Below, in pieces: positions 50,916-58,988 of a stretch of 64,000 nucleotides of DNA; position 1 is the stretch's first letter; the number at the start of each line of letters is the position of its first letter. The stretch spans positions 12,817-76,816 of the forward strand of contig JABILG010000002.1 of assembly GCA_018654605.1 (NCBI GenBank). The letters are read 5' to 3'. The notes below the pieces were generated by a model that ran no database searches, had not been told where the DNA came from, and worked only from the letters and a program-made list of their open reading frames with translations. This DNA is from a bacterium. Its GTDB lineage: Bacteria; Desulfobacterota_D; UBA1144. The translations under genes were made by a program, and so were the position numbers.

Positions 50916-52139
50916 ATGGATCTAGTAGTACAAAAGTATGGTGGTACAAGCGTTGGAAGCGTTAAAAAAATTAATTTTATTGCACAGAATATCCGCAAGC
51001 TTAGAAAACAAAAAAAATCTGTTGTTGTAGTTGTTTCTGCTATGGCTGGAGAAACAGACAGGCTAGATAAAATAACTAAGAAGATTTCTAAGATTCCTGA
51101 CGAGAAAGAATATGATCAAGTAATTTCAACTGGTGAAAAAATATCTGCTGGACTCTTAAGCATTGCATTGATAGAAATGAACGTTAAAGCTATTTCTTTA
51201 GATCCATCTAAATTCAACTTGCTAACAGACGACTTACATTCAAAGGCGCAAATCTTATCAGTGGGGACTGAAAGAATTAAAAATCTTCTAAAGAAAGGTT
51301 TTGTGGTGGTTGTGCCTGGGTTTCAAGGTGTAAATTCAAAAGGTGATGTTACTACACTAGGAAGGGGAGGGTCTGATTTAACTGCTGTTGCTTTAGCCTC
51401 TGCATTAAAAGCCACGCACTGTGAATTATTAAAAGATGATGTGGATGGAATCTACACTACAGACCCTAGGCTTTACAAAGGGGCAAAAAAAATAAATTAT
51501 ATCTCTTATCCTGAAATGTTGGAGATGTCGAGTTTAGGATCTAAGGTATTACAGGCAAAGGCTGTAGAGTATGCAAACAATTTGCAAGTTAAATTGTATG
51601 TTAAGTCTACTAGTAAAACATCAACTAGAGGAACATGGGTCATGGATGAAAAGAATATACCAATAAAAGAAAAGAGAATTATTACCGGGATTACTCATGA
51701 TTTAAAACAATCTAAAATTACAGTATCTGGGATAGAGGATATACCTGGTGTTGCTTCCAAAATTTTTAAACCTATTGGGTCTGCAGGAATCGTTGTTGAT
51801 ATGATTGTTCAAAACATAAGTACTAATAAAAAGACTGACTTAACCTTCACCATACCTAAGGATGATTTGAATAAAACAGTTAAAATTTTAAAATCAAATA
51901 TGACAAAAATTAATTATAAAAAAATTATACAAGACAAGAATATCGCTTTAATCTCAATTGTTGGGGCTGGGATGAAGACTCATACAGGTATTGCTACTCG
52001 TATGTTTGATTCTTTATCAAAATCGAAAATTAATATAAGCATGATTAGTACTTCGGAAATAAAAATTTCATGTGTAATTGAACAAACAAAATGCAAGAAA
52101 GCAATTCAGTCTCTTCATAAGGAATTCAAGCTAGGATAA
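50916..52139 (+). CDS. lysC: Aspartate kinase
   Basis: 407 aa; KYGGTSVGS N-terminus; two C-terminal ACT domains. Confidence 0.85.
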   Translation: MDLVVQKYGGTSVGSVKKINFIAQNIRKLRKQKKSVVVVVSAMAGETDRLDKITKKISKIPDEKEYDQVISTGEKISAGLLSIALIEMNVKAISLDPSKFNLLTDDLHSKAQILSVGTERIKNLLKKGFVVVVPGFQGVNSKGDVTTLGRGGSDLTAVALASALKATHCELLKDDVDGIYTTDPRLYKGAKKINYISYPEMLEMSSLGSKVLQAKAVEYANNLQVKLYVKSTSKTSTRGTWVMDEKNIPIKEKRIITGITHDLKQSKITVSGIEDIPGVASKIFKPIGSAGIVVDMIVQNISTNKKTDLTFTIPKDDLNKTVKILKSNMTKINYKKIIQDKNIALISIVGAGMKTHTGIATRMFDSLSKSKINISMISTSEIKISCVIEQTKCKKAIQSLHKEFKLG

Positions 52140-52142
52140 CTT

Positions 52143-53711
52143 ATGTCTAAAAAGGTTGTAATATATGATGTAACACTAAGAGATGGGACCCAAGGTGAAG
52201 GGATTTCTTTTTCTGTTCTAGACAAAATTAAAATAAGCCATGAGATCGATGAACTAGGGGTTGAATACATTGAAGGTGGTTGGCCTGGTTCTAACGAGAG
52301 AGATGAAGGTTTCTTTAATCAAGCCAAAGACGAGAAGTATGTTAATTCTAAAATTGTGGCATTTGGTAGCACTAGAAGAGCAAAAAGTTCATGTGATGAA
52401 GATTTAAACATTCAGGCTCTATTAAGATCAGCAACATCAGCTGTAACAATAGTCGGAAAGACTTGGGATTTTCATGTATCAGAAGCCCTAAGAATCACAA
52501 ATGATCAAAATCTGGAGCTTATTTCAGATTCAATAAGTTACCTATCAAAACGAACAGATGAAGTTTTCTTTGATGCAGAACATTTTTTTGATGGATTCAA
52601 GGCGAACCCCAAATTTACTTTAGATTGTATTAATTCTGCTGTCGAGAGTGGCGCAAAAGGCGTAGTACTTTGCGATACAAACGGTGGTACAACTCCATGG
52701 GAAATTACTAAAATTGTTTCAAAGATAAAAGATACTCATAGTAAAATAGTTCTTGGAATCCATACTCACAATGACTCTGGCCTAGGAGTCGCAAATGCAT
52801 TAGCTGCAGTTCAAGCAGGAGCCAATCAAGTGCAAGGTACAATAAATGGTTACGGAGAAAGGTGCGGAAACGCTAATTTGTGTACCATTATTGCCAATCT
52901 TAAACTTAAAATGGGAATTGACTCTATAAGTGACGAACAACTAGAAAAGCTATATGGAGTTTCAAATTTTATTAGCGAAATGGCGAACATATCCAACGAT
53001 AATAAGGCTCCATTTATAGGCAGAAGCGCTTTTGCTCATAAAGGTGGTATTCATGTTAGTGCGATAGTAAAAAATAATCTCACATATGAACATGTCTCAC
53101 CCGAAAAAATAGGAAACTCAAGAAGAATTCTTATCTCGGACTTGGCAGGTAAGAGTAATATTCTATATAAGCTAAAAGAACTAAAAATAGCTGAAGGTGT
53201 TAGTGATGAGAATATCACAGAAATCTTATCTAGACTTAAAAAATTAGAAAATGATGGATACGAATTTGAAGGAGTAGATGCTTCTTTTGAATTACTTGTT
53301 AAAACAATTTCATCACAATATAGACCTAAAATTGAACTCATAGAAACTGAAATCAATACACGCCAGATTGTTCCTTCAAATGAGTCTTCTGCAAGAGTTG
53401 TAATAAGAATTGACAATGAAGTGATTGAGAATACCGCCTCTGGATCAGGTCCTGTCAATGCCTTAGACCTTGCTCTAAGAGGTGCTATGGTGGACAAATA
53501 TCCTTTCTTAAATGAAGTTGTACTTACGGACTATAGAGTTAGGGTTGTTGGAGGAAACAAGGGGACTGAATCATTGGTTAGAGTAATTATCAAATCAAGT
53601 GACAAGTCCAACACATGGTCTACTATTGGTGTTTCATCAGACATTGTGGATGCAAGCTGGAAAGCTCTAATAGATAGTATTGAATTTAAGCTGATGAAGA
53701 TTTCTTCTTAG
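52143..53711 (+). CDS. cimA: LeuA/CimA-family 2-oxoacid:acetyl-CoA synthase, probably (R)-citramalate synthase CimA
   Basis: 522 aa; DVTLRDGTQGEG, GGWPGSNERDEGFF (CimA-type; LeuA has VGFPVSSPGD instead), HTHNDSGLG; C-terminal LeuA-dimer regulatory domain. Confidence 0.6.
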   Translation: MSKKVVIYDVTLRDGTQGEGISFSVLDKIKISHEIDELGVEYIEGGWPGSNERDEGFFNQAKDEKYVNSKIVAFGSTRRAKSSCDEDLNIQALLRSATSAVTIVGKTWDFHVSEALRITNDQNLELISDSISYLSKRTDEVFFDAEHFFDGFKANPKFTLDCINSAVESGAKGVVLCDTNGGTTPWEITKIVSKIKDTHSKIVLGIHTHNDSGLGVANALAAVQAGANQVQGTINGYGERCGNANLCTIIANLKLKMGIDSISDEQLEKLYGVSNFISEMANISNDNKAPFIGRSAFAHKGGIHVSAIVKNNLTYEHVSPEKIGNSRRILISDLAGKSNILYKLKELKIAEGVSDENITEILSRLKKLENDGYEFEGVDASFELLVKTISSQYRPKIELIETEINTRQIVPSNESSARVVIRIDNEVIENTASGSGPVNALDLALRGAMVDKYPFLNEVVLTDYRVRVVGGNKGTESLVRVIIKSSDKSNTWSTIGVSSDIVDASWKALIDSIEFKLMKISS

Positions 53712-54408
53712 ACTTCATGTATGAATCCAAAGAAGTTCTAAACTCACTTTGTACTTTTTTACTAGCTTTCTTAATTGGTCCTACAACCATGCTGTCATAA
53801 GTTTCGTAGGCTGAATCTTCTAAAACTTTATCTTTAGAGGTTCTTGCTAATTTTAAGCAAATAACAGTAATGTAGAAGATAGACTTAAAAAGGGATTTCC
53901 TAGCCTCATTAACATTATATTTTTCTAAATATTCGTTGGATTTAAGAAGAGCTGTGAATCCTTGTCCTGCGAACAAGCTCATTATTTTTGACAATTCTTT
54001 AGAATTCTTAGTCTCTATCACTCTAATCAAAGGCGCCTCTAGTGCCGCTGAAAGCTGATCTGAGCCCTCTGTTAAAACTTTAGCTAATTCCTTCAACTTA
54101 CCCTTATCTTGAGTTGCTAGCATTTCCTGAATTGAATTTTTAACATAATCAAGAGCATAAGTATCTCTAATCTCATCAATCTCTAGACCTTTCTTTTTTA
54201 GCTTTTTAATCTCAATTATTTTTTGGAGAGTATCATGAGGATATAATATTTCTGGTGATGAAGCATCAGAATCAAGCACTTTAAATTTTGCAGGAGGTAT
54301 GAGTCCTAATTCAGAATACATACTAATGGTTTCTTTCGGATTTGGTCCCAAATCAACTTTTTTCTTTTGTAGAGAAACTATGAGGTCGTGTAAATTTATT
54401 TTCTTCAT
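53686..54408 (-). CDS. Hypothetical protein with degenerate MerR-like N-terminus
   Basis: 240 aa; ISMYSELGLIPP and the following LQKIIEIKKLKKKGLEIDEIRD resemble the MerR HTH and linker. The C-terminal half is uncharacterised. Confidence 0.35.
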   Translation of the reverse strand: MKKINLHDLIVSLQKKKVDLGPNPKETISMYSELGLIPPAKFKVLDSDASSPEILYPHDTLQKIIEIKKLKKKGLEIDEIRDTYALDYVKNSIQEMLATQDKGKLKELAKVLTEGSDQLSAALEAPLIRVIETKNSKELSKIMSLFAGQGFTALLKSNEYLEKYNVNEARKSLFKSIFYITVICLKLARTSKDKVLEDSAYETYDSMVVGPIKKASKKVQSEFRTSLDSYMKSKKKSSSA

Positions 54409-54453
54409 TTATACAATTATTCACCTATCAAAAATAAAGTCAAAGGAATGTAG

Positions 54454-54807
54454 CTAATTTCTAGAAAGAAATCCTACCCAACAAATATTCGACATAGTCT
54501 TGCCCCAAAAAGGAACATACGACTTCAATGAATAATCAACAACTTCATGAGAAAAAGAAATGTCAAATTTTTCCTTTGAGACATATTTAGACTCGCAAGA
54601 TGCTTCTATAGCTTGGTCTAAAAAGAGAGGTTTTAACTTTTCTTTTAAGAAATAGTCCTCCAGAATATCAACTTCTATCATTAAGATTTCTTTATACAAT
54701 AGGAAATCCTTACAATTAGGAAGAATGAAAGTCTTATTTAGCCTATTGCCGATATTTAAAACACAATACGGCTTACTTCCTAATATATAATATCTAAATT
54801 CCATCAT
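54454..54807 (-). CDS. Hypothetical protein (117 aa) immediately downstream of coaX
   Basis: The ORF is 5 nt downstream of coaX on the same strand. I recognise no motif. Confidence 0.35.
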   Translation of the reverse strand: MMEFRYYILGSKPYCVLNIGNRLNKTFILPNCKDFLLYKEILMIEVDILEDYFLKEKLKPLFLDQAIEASCESKYVSKEKFDISFSHEVVDYSLKSYVPFWGKTMSNICWVGFLSRN

Positions 54808-54812
54808 TCTAA

Positions 54813-55565
54813 TTACTTTCTTTCTATGTAATTTACTATTCCATTAAGAACTAAGCTTGTGTGGTATTCGTAATCTTCGAAAGCATCTAAAAATAGGTTA
54901 GAAATTCCACCAGTAATTAATATCTTAAATTTTAGCCTAGATGAATCTCTTATTTCTTTAACAATTCCTTTAATCATATGGACTTGACCGTTAATAAAGC
55001 CTGAAGATAAAGATTCACTTGTTGAACAACCCAGCAGCTTATTGGTTAATATAATTTCTTGGCTTCTTATCATGGAAGTATTCTTTATTAAAGAATAATG
55101 TGCGGTCAATGCCCCAGGTAGGATTATACCACCTATATGTGTAAGCTTTTTGTCTATTACGTCGAAAGTAGTAGCAGTTCCCATATCGATAATAATTAAG
55201 TTATTTTCTGGATATAAAAGATTCCCGCCTATGCAATTAAAGAATCTATCTAAACCAAACGTTGCGGGATTCTTATAACTAGACTTAAAGTTTTTAAACT
55301 TCCTCTTTCTTAGGAACTTAATGGGGACTTTATTGAAAACATCGATTAAGATTTTCTGTAATATTGGCTCTATTTCTTTATTTACACTAACTATAAATAT
55401 TCCTCTTATTGGGAAAAGTTTCTTAAGCTGTTTAACTTTGAATTTTAAGTTTGACATGAATAATGAATCACTCGAATGGTCAATTGAATAGACTTCCTCT
55501 ATAATTGAGCCATCACTAAAGGCTAGTTTCACACTAGAATTTCCGCAATCAATCAATAAGTTCAC
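54813..55565 (-). CDS. coaX: Type III pantothenate kinase
   Basis: 250 aa; N-terminal LLIDCGNSSVKLAF (ASKHA fold phosphate-1 motif); IDMGTATTFD. Confidence 0.8.
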   Translation of the reverse strand: MNLLIDCGNSSVKLAFSDGSIIEEVYSIDHSSDSLFMSNLKFKVKQLKKLFPIRGIFIVSVNKEIEPILQKILIDVFNKVPIKFLRKRKFKNFKSSYKNPATFGLDRFFNCIGGNLLYPENNLIIIDMGTATTFDVIDKKLTHIGGIILPGALTAHYSLIKNTSMIRSQEIILTNKLLGCSTSESLSSGFINGQVHMIKGIVKEIRDSSRLKFKILITGGISNLFLDAFEDYEYHTSLVLNGIVNYIERK

Positions 55566-55580
55566 ACAGATATTATATCA

Positions 55581-55609
55581 TTGACAAAGGTATTTATTTA
55601 GTATTCAAT
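55581..55609 (+). promoter_or_regulatory. Putative sigma70 promoter TTGACA-N17-TTCAAT upstream of the Cys-rich small gene
   Basis: TTGACA at 55581-55586 and TTCAAT at 55604-55609, followed by a UTR with SD GGAGGA 6 nt before ATG 55632. Confidence 0.4.
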
Positions 55610-55631
55610 TACCTTCTAACGGAGGATTCTT

Positions 55632-55838
55632 ATGAATGAAAAAGTAGATAGAATTTGCTGGGACTGTCCAGATCAACCAGTCAATAAATGGGAAGTCAAA
55701 ACAGCAGAGAAGAAAAGGGAAGGATGTTTGTATACAATCTCTTGCTCTAAGTGCAGCAAAGAATCTCAAGTTTTCGGTTGGATGATAGGCTGCGATTGTG
55801 ATTCTTGCAAAAATCAAATGGTTGGCGCAGCTAAGTAA
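55632..55838 (+). CDS. Small Cys-rich protein (68 aa, 8 Cys: CxxC...C...CxxC...CxCxxC), probable metal-binding
   Basis: Strong RBS GGAGGA and its own promoter-like element. The antisense 70-aa ORF 55605-55817 has no RBS. Confidence 0.55.
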   Translation: MNEKVDRICWDCPDQPVNKWEVKTAEKKREGCLYTISCSKCSKESQVFGWMIGCDCDSCKNQMVGAAK

Positions 55839-55868
55839 AATAAAAAATAAAAACTGAGGTTATACATA

Positions 55869-56036
55869 ATGGATAATAGATCTATTGATAAGTTTGATTT
55901 AAGACTTAGAAAACAATTTATAGAGAATGAAAGTCTGTCTGTCAAAGAAATAGACACATATATTGAATCTCTAGAAGACCAGTCTGACAATATCGAAGAA
56001 ATTATCATTGAAGAAAAAAAAGAATCAGCGGAGTAA
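55869..56036 (+). CDS. Small acidic hypothetical protein (55 aa, MDNRSIDKFDLRLRKQFIENESLSVKEIDTYIESLEDQSDNIEEIIIEEKKESAE)
   Basis: Not in the ORF track because it is shorter than 60 aa. GAGG sits 8 nt upstream of the ATG. It is co-oriented and tightly spaced with its neighbours. Confidence 0.4.
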   Translation: MDNRSIDKFDLRLRKQFIENESLSVKEIDTYIESLEDQSDNIEEIIIEEKKESAE

Positions 56037-56041
56037 TCTGA

Positions 56042-56254
56042 ATGCAATTTCAATATAAGGTCTTAAACATTTCTGACTTTACCGCAGGTAATGATGAATC
56101 GTCTCATGAATTAATGATTGAAGAAAGTGCTCAAAAAGTTCAAGCTAAGAAACATTCTAAACATACTCAAACTAAATTAAATGAGCTTGGCCGAGAGGGT
56201 TGGGAGCTAATTTCTATTACTAACGAAAGGCTTTTTTTTAAAAGAGCGGGTTAA
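56042..56254 (+). CDS. DUF4177-domain protein
   Basis: 70 aa; FQYKVL...LNELGREGWELISITNERLFFKR matches the DUF4177 pattern WEYKV...LNELGEEGWELVSV...FKR. Confidence 0.6.
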   Translation: MQFQYKVLNISDFTAGNDESSHELMIEESAQKVQAKKHSKHTQTKLNELGREGWELISITNERLFFKRAG

Positions 56255-56536
56255 TTATTCTTTTTCTTGTAAAACTTTTTCAATTTCACTTGCAAGGTCA
56301 GGATCAACTTTTTCAACCTCTTTCCACGTATAAAAATTATTCTTTACATTCATGGCAATATTATTAAGATGAGCATCATAGACTTTTTTAGCGCCTTCAG
56401 CAACTTGCCTAAAATCCTCTTTTTTATCATCTGAAAGATTTGGGGACTCAAGTTTTTTAGTAATTTCAACTTTATCTTTTTTTAATTTAAGCCAAATTTC
56501 TCTTAATTGAATAATAATATTTGTCTTTGGGTCCAT
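56255..56536 (-). CDS. Hypothetical K/E-rich protein (93 aa), last gene of the membrane-protein operon
   Basis: On the same strand, 35 nt downstream of the 805-aa membrane protein. Its stop codon abuts the stop of the convergent DUF4177 gene. Confidence 0.4.
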   Translation of the reverse strand: MDPKTNIIIQLREIWLKLKKDKVEITKKLESPNLSDDKKEDFRQVAEGAKKVYDAHLNNIAMNVKNNFYTWKEVEKVDPDLASEIEKVLQEKE

Positions 56537-56570
56537 AAATAGATATTACCTTAATAAACAAAAAAAAATC

Positions 56571-58988
56571 TTATTTTACTTTTCTAATTGTTACTGCCCT
56601 AAGCTTGATATCCGAATCAGTCACTTTCGCTTTAAAGACATGTATCCAAATGGCTTTTAATTTCTTAGCCGAGGCATTCTGTTTCAAAGAAAAGATAAAA
56701 TTTTCTTTCTTTCTAAATGACTTGCCCCATTGAGTTATATTAAAATCATAAAAATTACTATCTGAACCTAATTCATTGTTACTTATAATCTTAATCTTGT
56801 AATCACCCTTCTTTAAAGTACTATGAACCGCTATTGAAAGAATGGGACCGACATAATCCTTTTGTATTATCATCTCACCATTTGACCATTTTACTTCGGG
56901 GTAAGTATTAATTTTATCGTTAGAATAGTAAAAAAACTCTTTATTGTTTATGTTTTTGACATCACAGCCTTTACTCTCGTAAACTCCGCTCTTATTTAAC
57001 TCATTCAATATAAATTTCCTTTGAATTAAACATGGAGACGGAAAGAGCCTTGTAATATTGTCAACTTCTTTGTCTCGAAATGTTTTTGATGCAAGAATCT
57101 TATTTATTGGATTACCTTCAACTGGTTCAATTCTTATAGAGTTGTGTTTTTTATTTTCAGATTTTATATTAAAATAAGCATATTCACCAAAATAGGAACT
57201 TGCTCTACTCTGAACTAAAGGTTCTAATCCCAACTTTTCATTTAAATCATTTATAATTTTTGCACCATTATCTAGATAACCTTTTTTATTAACTATTACT
57301 CCTGTGTATCCATAATAAGAAGCATATTTGATCATTTCTTCAACATTACTACTCATTGAACTTATTTGACTATTAATCACACAAGCGGTCCCCTCTTTGA
57401 ATGCCATCCAGCTAAACCTAGTCTTTTTATCTATCATTAGATAAGACCAAAGGTCACCATAATAAGAGCCATTAGCATGTCTTGTTTCTGGGAAGCATCG
57501 ATAGGGTATCTTTAAAATCATATCATCATCATCAATTTTTGAATTAAGCTCTTGATAAAATTCCTTCTGTGGATGATATACAGTTGCAAGATTGCCTGCG
57601 ATTGGTTTAATAGCAAAAGGAGCAGAGGTCCCTCTAAAATCTAAAAGAGATAATGCAATCAGACTGATAAAGAAAATAGTAAAAATTGTTCTAGAATAAA
57701 AATATAATACTGGATTATTCTGTAAATTATTCCAACCATTAGTCAAATTATAATTTATTCTAACTCGATCAAGTATAATTGCCCCGACAATTAAAGATAT
57801 GCAGCTTACCCAAGGGGCGACTCTATAATGTGAACCAAGTACCATAAAATCAGTGAACAAATAAAAGGCGGTCATTAAACCACCTCTATAAAAAAATAGA
57901 AAAATGACTATTAAAAAGATTCCAAGAAATCTTACTTTCCTTCCAAAGACATCATCCTTTTGTATATCTTTGAATGAATAGAATATTGCAGTACAGAAAG
58001 AAATAATCCCTAAGATGCCTAAGTAAGAGGAGAGAAAGTTTACTTTTATCGTTGTATTGTCCATATAAAGTCTACTTAAAAATCTAAAGTGGGAGATTAG
58101 ATGGTCTAAAACAGGAGTGAAAAATTCTACAATTGAGATTCCATATACTGTAGAATGACCAAAATTTCTTGTCATATAATCATACGTAAAATGCGCATTA
58201 GACTTGAAAATTAGATGAGGATAAATATTAAAAAATAAGGTTAAGATTCCAACGAGAAAGAACAATGAGAAGACATAGACCCTGGAAAGATTTCTACTAG
58301 ATGAAATGAGTTCTTTTAAAATAAAAAATATTAAGAATAGAGATGTATAAAAAGTATTATATACACTCAATGACATTCCAAAGAAAATAATAATCAAGCC
58401 AACAAATACTTCACGTGATATAAGACTTTTCTTAAGAGACACTTTAGGAAATTCTTTATTGTAAAAATGATAAATAAGTCCTATCAACAAAGGTATGCCA
58501 ATACTATTTATTAAGACTGAAGTGTGCACGTTGTGAACAGTCATGAATGGAATAAATGAATATAGGACTCCAAAACCAAGAGCAATCAATATTGATGTTT
58601 TAAAATAGAATCTTAGAGACAGATACATTGCAAGTGAACAAATAGGGAATAATACATAGTAGTAAGTTTTGTATACTCCAAGAATATCTCCCTTAAAAAG
58701 ACCTATGATAAAATAAAACAGTCCAAGTACAGTTTGCCTCCATGGCCAAAAATCACTACTAATTGAAAGTGGAGCGCCCATATCTGGATTCGAATAAACA
58801 CTCTTAAAAATGCCCTCAGAAAACAGCTTCATGTAAGTCAATTCCCATGCGGCATCAGAGTGAAGAGAGTATTCAAGAAAATACTCACCAACCATATATC
58901 CAGTTAATAATATTGCCAACAATGGGGCTAAAACTATTCCTGAAACTTCATAAAATTTCGAAAGAATGATTGCTCTACTGGATATCAT
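56571..58988 (-). CDS. Polytopic membrane protein, paralog A (about 12 TM + roughly 350-aa C-terminal extracytoplasmic domain), GT-C-like architecture
   Basis: 805 aa. Conserved first loop HSDAAWELTYMKL...NPDMGAPLSISSDFWPWR. Later motifs FNIYPHLIFK, HFTYDYMTRNFGHSTVYGISIVEFFTPV, and C-terminal INSQISSMSSNVEEMIKYASYYGYTGV. Confidence 0.6.
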   Translation of the reverse strand: MISSRAIILSKFYEVSGIVLAPLLAILLTGYMVGEYFLEYSLHSDAAWELTYMKLFSEGIFKSVYSNPDMGAPLSISSDFWPWRQTVLGLFYFIIGLFKGDILGVYKTYYYVLFPICSLAMYLSLRFYFKTSILIALGFGVLYSFIPFMTVHNVHTSVLINSIGIPLLIGLIYHFYNKEFPKVSLKKSLISREVFVGLIIIFFGMSLSVYNTFYTSLFLIFFILKELISSSRNLSRVYVFSLFFLVGILTLFFNIYPHLIFKSNAHFTYDYMTRNFGHSTVYGISIVEFFTPVLDHLISHFRFLSRLYMDNTTIKVNFLSSYLGILGIISFCTAIFYSFKDIQKDDVFGRKVRFLGIFLIVIFLFFYRGGLMTAFYLFTDFMVLGSHYRVAPWVSCISLIVGAIILDRVRINYNLTNGWNNLQNNPVLYFYSRTIFTIFFISLIALSLLDFRGTSAPFAIKPIAGNLATVYHPQKEFYQELNSKIDDDDMILKIPYRCFPETRHANGSYYGDLWSYLMIDKKTRFSWMAFKEGTACVINSQISSMSSNVEEMIKYASYYGYTGVIVNKKGYLDNGAKIINDLNEKLGLEPLVQSRASSYFGEYAYFNIKSENKKHNSIRIEPVEGNPINKILASKTFRDKEVDNITRLFPSPCLIQRKFILNELNKSGVYESKGCDVKNINNKEFFYYSNDKINTYPEVKWSNGEMIIQKDYVGPILSIAVHSTLKKGDYKIKIISNNELGSDSNFYDFNITQWGKSFRKKENFIFSLKQNASAKKLKAIWIHVFKAKVTDSDIKLRAVTIRKVK

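Noticed and set aside
55605-55817. 70-aa minus-strand ORF overlapping the Cys-rich gene.
   Set aside because: It has no RBS or promoter. The plus-strand partner has GGAGGA at ideal spacing plus a TTGACA-N17-TTCAAT element. Only one of the two can be real.
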